Both the position numbers and the translations under genes were made by a program. Positions 35,721 to 41,670 of a stretch of 41,670 bases of DNA are shown one piece after another. The first letter of the stretch is position 1. The number at the start of each line of letters is the position of its first letter. Source of the DNA: Macrostomum lignano (taxonomy: Eukaryota); contig NIVC01004574.1 of the NCBI GenBank assembly GCA_002269645.1, positions 1 through 41,670 of the forward strand. The letters run 5' to 3'. The notes under the pieces were generated by a model. That model saw only the letters and a program-made list of their open reading frames with translations. It ran no database searches and was not told where the DNA came from.

Positions 35721-37271
35721 ATGACCGAAGCCACTCAAGCAGGCAGTCGGCGCTGCTCCCTGGCCACCTGCAGCGAAGCAGCTGCTGGCGCCGGAGCTCA
35801 GACACTGCAGCCTCTGTGCCAGAGACACCTGGACCGAGACTCCGACAGAGTGCGCGAAATTCATGCCAGAGTCGAAGCGAGGCTGCAGCCTCTGAGGCTC
35901 GTTCGCGACCTGCTAAGAACGGACTCGCAGGCGCTAGAAGCGAAGCTACAGGTCACTGAGGATCTGCTCAATGCCGCCATTGAGTCGCTGATGAAGCACA
36001 AGGAAGCTGTTACGAATCGACTCACTGCCACAACTGACGCAGCAAGGCAGAAGCTGAGCGACTTCGCAGTGCTGCAGGAGTTCGACAGCTCGATGGCAGC
36101 GGCGGAAAGCGCCAACAATCTTCGAGGCATCTTTGAGCAGTGCTCTCGCATGGAGCTGGAGTGCAGCGATCTCGAAAACGCTGTGTCTGGTGGAGACGAA
36201 CAAGGACGACTGAAGCTGGGCGACGTTTGCGGAGCTCTGAGAGACTTGCAGCTGAGCATCGACAGGCAGTTCGAGGACGTGATGAAGCTGTTCGAGAGTG
36301 TTAGTCCGCTGAGAGAGGAGAAGCAGAGCATTTGTGAGTTCCACAGCGAGATCCAAGAACTCGATGGTGCGCCTGCTTGGGTTTCATGCTGCAGCAACAC
36401 GAAGGGCTTCTCCGCTGATGCTTCAGGCAGCAAAGTGGTGAAGGCGGAGTCTGCGGTCGATGGTGCACAGATGCTTCCCGAGCCGTGTCTGTTCGTAGCT
36501 TTTGATTTGCGATCCGATCTGGATTACCTTCTCGCGTGTTCGATTGACGGATCCGTGAGGCTGAAAGTTCAAGTCGACCTCGACTGGTTCACGCCAATCA
36601 CAGGACTCAGCTGTGACAGCAAGCGCCAAGCTCTGTACATCTCGCAGAAAAACGTGGTCAAGGTGTCGGACCTGAGCGGTCAGGTGTCACTCGAGATCAA
36701 CTCGAGCAGCCTCGGACGGCCTGTCAGATTCATGGGGCTGACCTGCAGCTCTGACAAGATAATTGCTCTGGACAAAAGCGGCTCGGAAATGCAGCTGCTG
36801 TGCATCGACAAAGACAGCGGCCAGCTGCAGACCTGCGTTTCTGTCGGTGGCGTGCCCAGTTCCCCAGATCGCTCGGAATCCATGTCGGTCATCGACCATG
36901 CGGTGCTGATCACTGACTGGGCAGCTAAAAAGATCTACAAAGTGTGCATCGTCAGCGGTCAGCTGATCTCGACCTACCCGACAAGCCGAAGTCGTCTTGA
37001 TGAGCTTCTGAGTCCTGCAGGAGTTGTGGCTCATCGCTCAGGTCTGGTGTTCGTCAGCGAGTATAATAGGCATGTGGTTCGTGTGATGCAAAGTGACGGC
37101 ACTGTGCTGCAGACTGTCGGAGTCGAGGGCGAGGCTGGCAGAGGCCGAGACAAAATGCACTGTCCGTGTGTCTTGGGCACCGTCGAAGGCGACTCAGAGC
37201 TGCTTGCCGTGTGCCAGCAGGAAGGACTGTCCATCAGATTTTACCGAGTTTCAACTGGTTCTGCCGTGTGA
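35721..37271 (+). CDS. Intronless Zn-motif / coiled-coil / NHL-type beta-propeller protein (TRIM-NHL-like, no RING), 516 aa
   Basis: C-x4-C...LC-x2-H N-terminus, heptad region, and propeller repeats (LYIS, VLITD, SPAGV, VFVSE..HVVRV, QTVGVEG). Confidence 0.8.
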   Translation: MTEATQAGSRRCSLATCSEAAAGAGAQTLQPLCQRHLDRDSDRVREIHARVEARLQPLRLVRDLLRTDSQALEAKLQVTEDLLNAAIESLMKHKEAVTNRLTATTDAARQKLSDFAVLQEFDSSMAAAESANNLRGIFEQCSRMELECSDLENAVSGGDEQGRLKLGDVCGALRDLQLSIDRQFEDVMKLFESVSPLREEKQSICEFHSEIQELDGAPAWVSCCSNTKGFSADASGSKVVKAESAVDGAQMLPEPCLFVAFDLRSDLDYLLACSIDGSVRLKVQVDLDWFTPITGLSCDSKRQALYISQKNVVKVSDLSGQVSLEINSSSLGRPVRFMGLTCSSDKIIALDKSGSEMQLLCIDKDSGQLQTCVSVGGVPSSPDRSESMSVIDHAVLITDWAAKKIYKVCIVSGQLISTYPTSRSRLDELLSPAGVVAHRSGLVFVSEYNRHVVRVMQSDGTVLQTVGVEGEAGRGRDKMHCPCVLGTVEGDSELLAVCQQEGLSIRFYRVSTGSAV

Positions 37272-37439
37272 CACAAATGACTGTAAATCACCTTTCGATT
37301 CAGCTCTGCATCTGCATGTTTTTGCTTTATCAAAATGTACTATTTTTATGCTCTGCGTGTTTTGACACATGAATTGAAGCTTGACCATTATAGTTTTAGA
37401 ATTTGTGCCTGGTAACAGCAGTAATTTTGTATAACAAAG

Positions 37440-38345
37440 CGGATTTTTACCTTAACCATGACTTCAGCAGAGAAAATGAGTTCGTCTTTGACTTTTAAAT
37501 GGATGTGTTTCACCAATTTTGAGAATTTCAGTTCCAAACTTGGTGAAATTTGGTTGCAGATTTTGCATTTAGGCGTTGATATGGTTTCGCTGTTACAAGT
37601 TGTTCGCTGTTGCTGATTTAGATTTAGATTTATTAAATTATTAAATAATCAAATTTGATTATTTGATTATTAAATTTAGATTTTGCTTGAATATGAATGG
37701 GAGTTTCATTTGTGAGTTTAACTTGGTGGCAGCTAAGTTCTTCTGGCTACCTGGGTGAACGAGTGTTGAATTAGCGAATAAATCAGGTGCTATTCCGGAC
37801 ATGAATGCTGGCTCTAGATTTTGGCTGTGTGATTTTATTTGTTAGGCCGAGCTCAAACATCATCTGATTTGCCGACGAACTCAGCGCAGTTCAGGCGCTG
37901 CTCTGATGAAGAACCAAGGCTGCCAGCTTCGTAAGGCTTTGTTTGACGTCTTTGTTATTCAGCTCAGACAGTTTGACTCAAAGCATTCTCATGTGTTTGA
38001 CTGCACCATGTGAGTTGTTGCTAATCTGATGCCTGATCAGTGCTCAATTGCATGCATTGCTACTCATCTGTACTACGAGCAAACGAATCTTGAAGGTTTT
38101 TATGAGTCCTGATGACATCTGTGATAACTTTTATTGAATTTTAAAACTTCCAAATCTTTACCAGCCAAGCTAATGTACCGGTTTCTGCTGTCTTGCAGTT
38201 GGGTTTATTGATTTTTTGTGACTAGTGGTGTACTTTAGCTAACAACTGCGTGTACTTTTACCAGCAGCAGCCAATGTTGCCTCAAATACATCAGTTTGCA
38301 GAGCTGTTATTGTTGTGATGCTGTTCGACAAATTTCATTTTAAAC
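37440..38345 (+). repeat. 3' flank of NHL paralog 1, homologous to ~40460-41270 (segmental tandem duplication, period ~3 kb)
   Basis: Shared blocks, e.g. GAAAATGAG.TCGTCTTTGA, CCAGCCAAGCTAATGTACCGGTTTCTGCTGTCTTGCAGTTGG, GACAAATTTC.TTTTAAACAC. Confidence 0.9.
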
Positions 38346-38804
38346 ACGATCATGCAATCAGCATCAGACAGAGCAACAAGTGCCAGCTGAGTAGATCCGA
38401 AACCCCTCAAGACTGAGCTAAGCTGAAGGCATCATTTGATGAGGTAAATTAAAAAAACTCAAGCTCTCAGATACTTAAGATTTCTTATGTTCTCCCCAAT
38501 TAACCTACTGAGGCTGAGACCTGGGATTTTCTATGACCCATTTTCTATGATTTTCTATGAGACGACTCTGCACCCTCGTGGCCAATCCGATGGGATTCGG
38601 CACAGAATCCGCTCCGGTAGTTCGACTAAGCTGACATCTTTTTTCGGTGTTGTAAAAGTCCCTGAGCTGGTCCTGCGCAATGCTGATGCAGTGTCTCCCG
38701 CAGCTGATCCATTTTCTATCAAAACAATAATGAAGCATTTTAGCCTGGCGCATTCGATATATTGAAAACTTTTTGCACATTTTCAACGCCATTCTTCAAG
38801 CACA

Positions 38805-40339
38805 ATGTCTGACTCGAGCCCGAGCTGCTTCATCAGAGGCTGCAGCGCTGCCCCGACCGGTACCGGCGTTCGCCTCCAGAGCCCCTGTGCGAGAGACACG
38901 TGGCTCAGGACGCTGCCGCGGTGCGCTACCTCGCACAGAAGGCGCTCGAGCAGCTGCAGCCGCTGAAGAGTCTGCGAGACGGCCTTCGAGTTCATCAGCG
39001 AGCGCTAGCAGCCGAGCTGCAGAGCGTCGAGCAGCTGTTCGAGTCGGCTGTGGAGTCGCTGCTCACCTACAAGGAATCTGTGCTCAACCGATTGACTGTG
39101 AGACATGAGAGCAGCCTGCAGAAGCTGAATGAGCTGTCAGTGCTGCAGGAGTATGAGATTGGCCTTACTGAAGCTGAGGCCAATGCTGACCTGAAGACAT
39201 TGCTCTCACTCTCAGCTGCAGTGAGTGCGGAGTGCGGCGACTTGGATGAAAAGAGAGACAGCTTTGAGTAAGTCGGCAGAGACATTGGCGACGTGAGCGG
39301 AGGCGTGAGAGACTTTCAGCTGCTGATTGACAGGCAGCTGAGCGATGTGATGAAGCTGTGCGAGAGTGTTGGTCCGCTGAGCGAGGAGAAGCAGAGCATT
39401 TGTGAGTTCCACAGCGAGATCCAGGGACTCGGTGGTTTGCCTCTTTGGGTTTCATGCTGCAGCAACACGAAGGGCTTCTCCGCTGATGCTTCAGGCAGCA
39501 AAGTGGTGAAGGCGGAGTCTGCGGTCGATGGTGCACAGATGCTTCCCGAGCCGTGTCTGTTCGTAGCTTTTGATTTGCTATCCGATCTGGATTACCTTCT
39601 CGCGTGTTCGATTGACGGATCCGTGAGGCTGAAAGTTCATGTCGATCTCGACTGGTCCACGCCAATCACAGGACTCAGCTGTGACAGCAAGCGCCAAGCT
39701 CTGTACATCTCGCAACAAAACTGGGTGAAGGCGTCGGACCTGAGCGGTCAGGCGTCGCTCGAGATCAACTCGAGCAGCCTCGGACGGCCAGTCACATTTA
39801 TGGGGCTGACCTGCAGCTCTGACAAGATAATTGCTCTGGACAAAAGCGGCTCGGAAATGCAGCTGCTGTGCATCGACAAAGACAGCGGCCAGCTGCAGAC
39901 CTGCGTTTCTGTCTGTGGCGTGCCTTATGGACAAATATTTGACGAATCCATGTCGATCATCGACCATGCGGTGCTGATTACCGATTGGGAAGCTGGTAAG
40001 CTCTACAAAGTGTGCATTGACAGCGGTCAGCTGATCTCTACCTACCCGACTAAGCGAAGTCGTTTTGATAAGCTTCAGAGTCCTGCAGGAGTCGCTGCTC
40101 ATCGCTCGGGTCTGGTGTTCGTCAGCGAGTGTTTTAATCATGTGGTTCGTGTGATGCGTAGTGACGGCACTGTGCTGCAGACTGTCGGAGTCGAGGGCGA
40201 GGCTGACAGTAGCGAAGACAAAATAAACCATCCGTATGGCTTGGCCATCGTTGAAGGGCACTCCGAGCTGCTTGCCGTGTGCCAGGAAGAAAGCCTCTCC
40301 ATCAGATTTTACCGAGTTTCAACTGGTTCTGCTGATTGA
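38805..40339 (+). pseudogene. Tandem paralog of the 35721 gene, disrupted by a frameshift (~38882) and an in-frame TAA (39269-39271)
   Basis: ATG 38805 is in a different frame from PLCERH.... ORFs 38900 and 39293 share a frame separated only by TAA, which aligns to CAA in paralog 1. Confidence 0.7.
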
Positions 40340-41670
40340 CGGCGGATGATTGTGAATTTACCTGTTATCGCCATGTTTTTGCTGAATTACAAATTTTTAT
40401 TTTTATAATCTGCATGTTGGACCAATTAATTGGAGCTGTTTTACCGCAGCCTGTGAGCACAGAATAGAAAATGAGCTCGTCTTTGATTTTTAAATGGATC
40501 TGCTTTACGAAATTGTTATGCTTTGCCAAATTTCAAAATTTCAGTTACAAACTCGGAGCACCAATTTTCGTGAATTCTGTTAGCAGACTTTACATTGGCG
40601 CGTTGATTTGGTTTTCCTCTCACAAACTGAGGTGACACCAATCTGCTTGTAGAGTTAATCTGTGATTATGATTGATCAGGAGGTTCATCTGTGGGTTTAA
40701 CTTCTAAACTACCAGGTTATTCTGGCTACCTTCGTGAATAAGTGAAGAATAAGCGAATAATCAGGTGACATTCTAAACATGAATGCTGGCGCCAGATTTT
40801 TGTCTCATCAGAGCTTCTGCCGCTTGAGGCTACTCAAAGTTGCTGTTAGAGTTTATTTGTTAAGCCGTGCTCCAATAAAATATGATTTGTATCTGTTCTA
40901 TTCAGACAGTCTCAAAGCATTCTCAAGTGTTTGACTTTACCATGTGAGTTGTTGCAAATCTGATGCTTGACAGTGCTCAATTGCATGCATTGCTACTCAT
41001 CTGTCTCATCTAATATTGGAGGCTTTATGAGTCCTGATAATATCTGTGATAACTTTTATTGAATTTTGAAACTTCCAAATATGTACCAGCCAAGCTAATG
41101 TACCGGTTTCTGCTGTCTTGCAGTTGGTTTTATTGATATTTTAGTAGTAACGTACTTTAGATAACAATTGCGTTTACTTTTACCGGCAGCTGCCAATATG
41201 TTGCGTGAAATAAAGAAGCTTTCAGAGCTGTTACTGTTGTGCTGCTGTTTGACAAATTTCTTTTTAAACACAGATTCGAGGTTCTCAAGAAAGGGCGTCT
41301 TCTTCTTTAAATAACGGAATCGGAGTCGTGTGCCCCTATCGGTTACTCTAGGGTACCAAAATCATCAATTGATAATCCTCTAAGGGTATTGGAATCGGTC
41401 CGCAGATCCTATCCAATCCCTTAGGAATAGGGAGGCCTCAAATTCAAAAAAATTCAGTAAATTCAACTGAACAGTAACGGCCGTCAATAAAATCGCTCTC
41501 AATAATCAAATAACGAAAACTTGAACAAAGGCTTACCGAACGGCATCTACTTCTCTCAGAGATGTACATGTAGCCTCGTAGTTCCTGGGTGTGCTCAAGT
41601 CGAGGCTGCTCCGAGTCTGAGATTTCAGCTCGGATTTTTCGCTTGTATTTATAGACAAGTTTGCGAAATA

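Overview
This is eukaryotic (animal) genomic DNA, not prokaryotic. GC-rich exons with poly-Gln/Gly/Ala tracts sit between introns packed with mini- and microsatellites. That style suggests a free-living flatworm such as Macrostomum, but this is inference only. Genes reconstructed by hand from splice sites, reading phase and remembered family motifs: (1) a 7-EC protocadherin on the minus strand, with one 2.86-kb exon and a probable Gln-rich tail exon; (2) CEP70, 4 exons, about 680 aa; (3) POLR3E/RPC5, 8-9 exons including three tiny AT-rich 5' exons absent from the ORF track; (4) a two-exon aminergic-type class A GPCR; (5) a tandem pair of Zn-motif/coiled-coil/NHL-propeller genes, the second carrying a frameshift and a nonsense codon. 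Mobile DNA includes a tRNA-derived CORE-type SINE, a MITE, a fold-back element fragment with a second copy 27 kb away, and a possible solo LTR. The most striking unexplained signal is a 350-bp block in the GPCR intron (31630-31975) dense with perfect MEF2, CRE, AP-1, FOX and bHLH-ZIP motifs and palindromes. Next is the mosaic, loop-focused divergence of the NHL paralogs. There are no CRISPR arrays or rRNA genes. I cannot claim a new system from sequence alone; the candidates and tests are listed.
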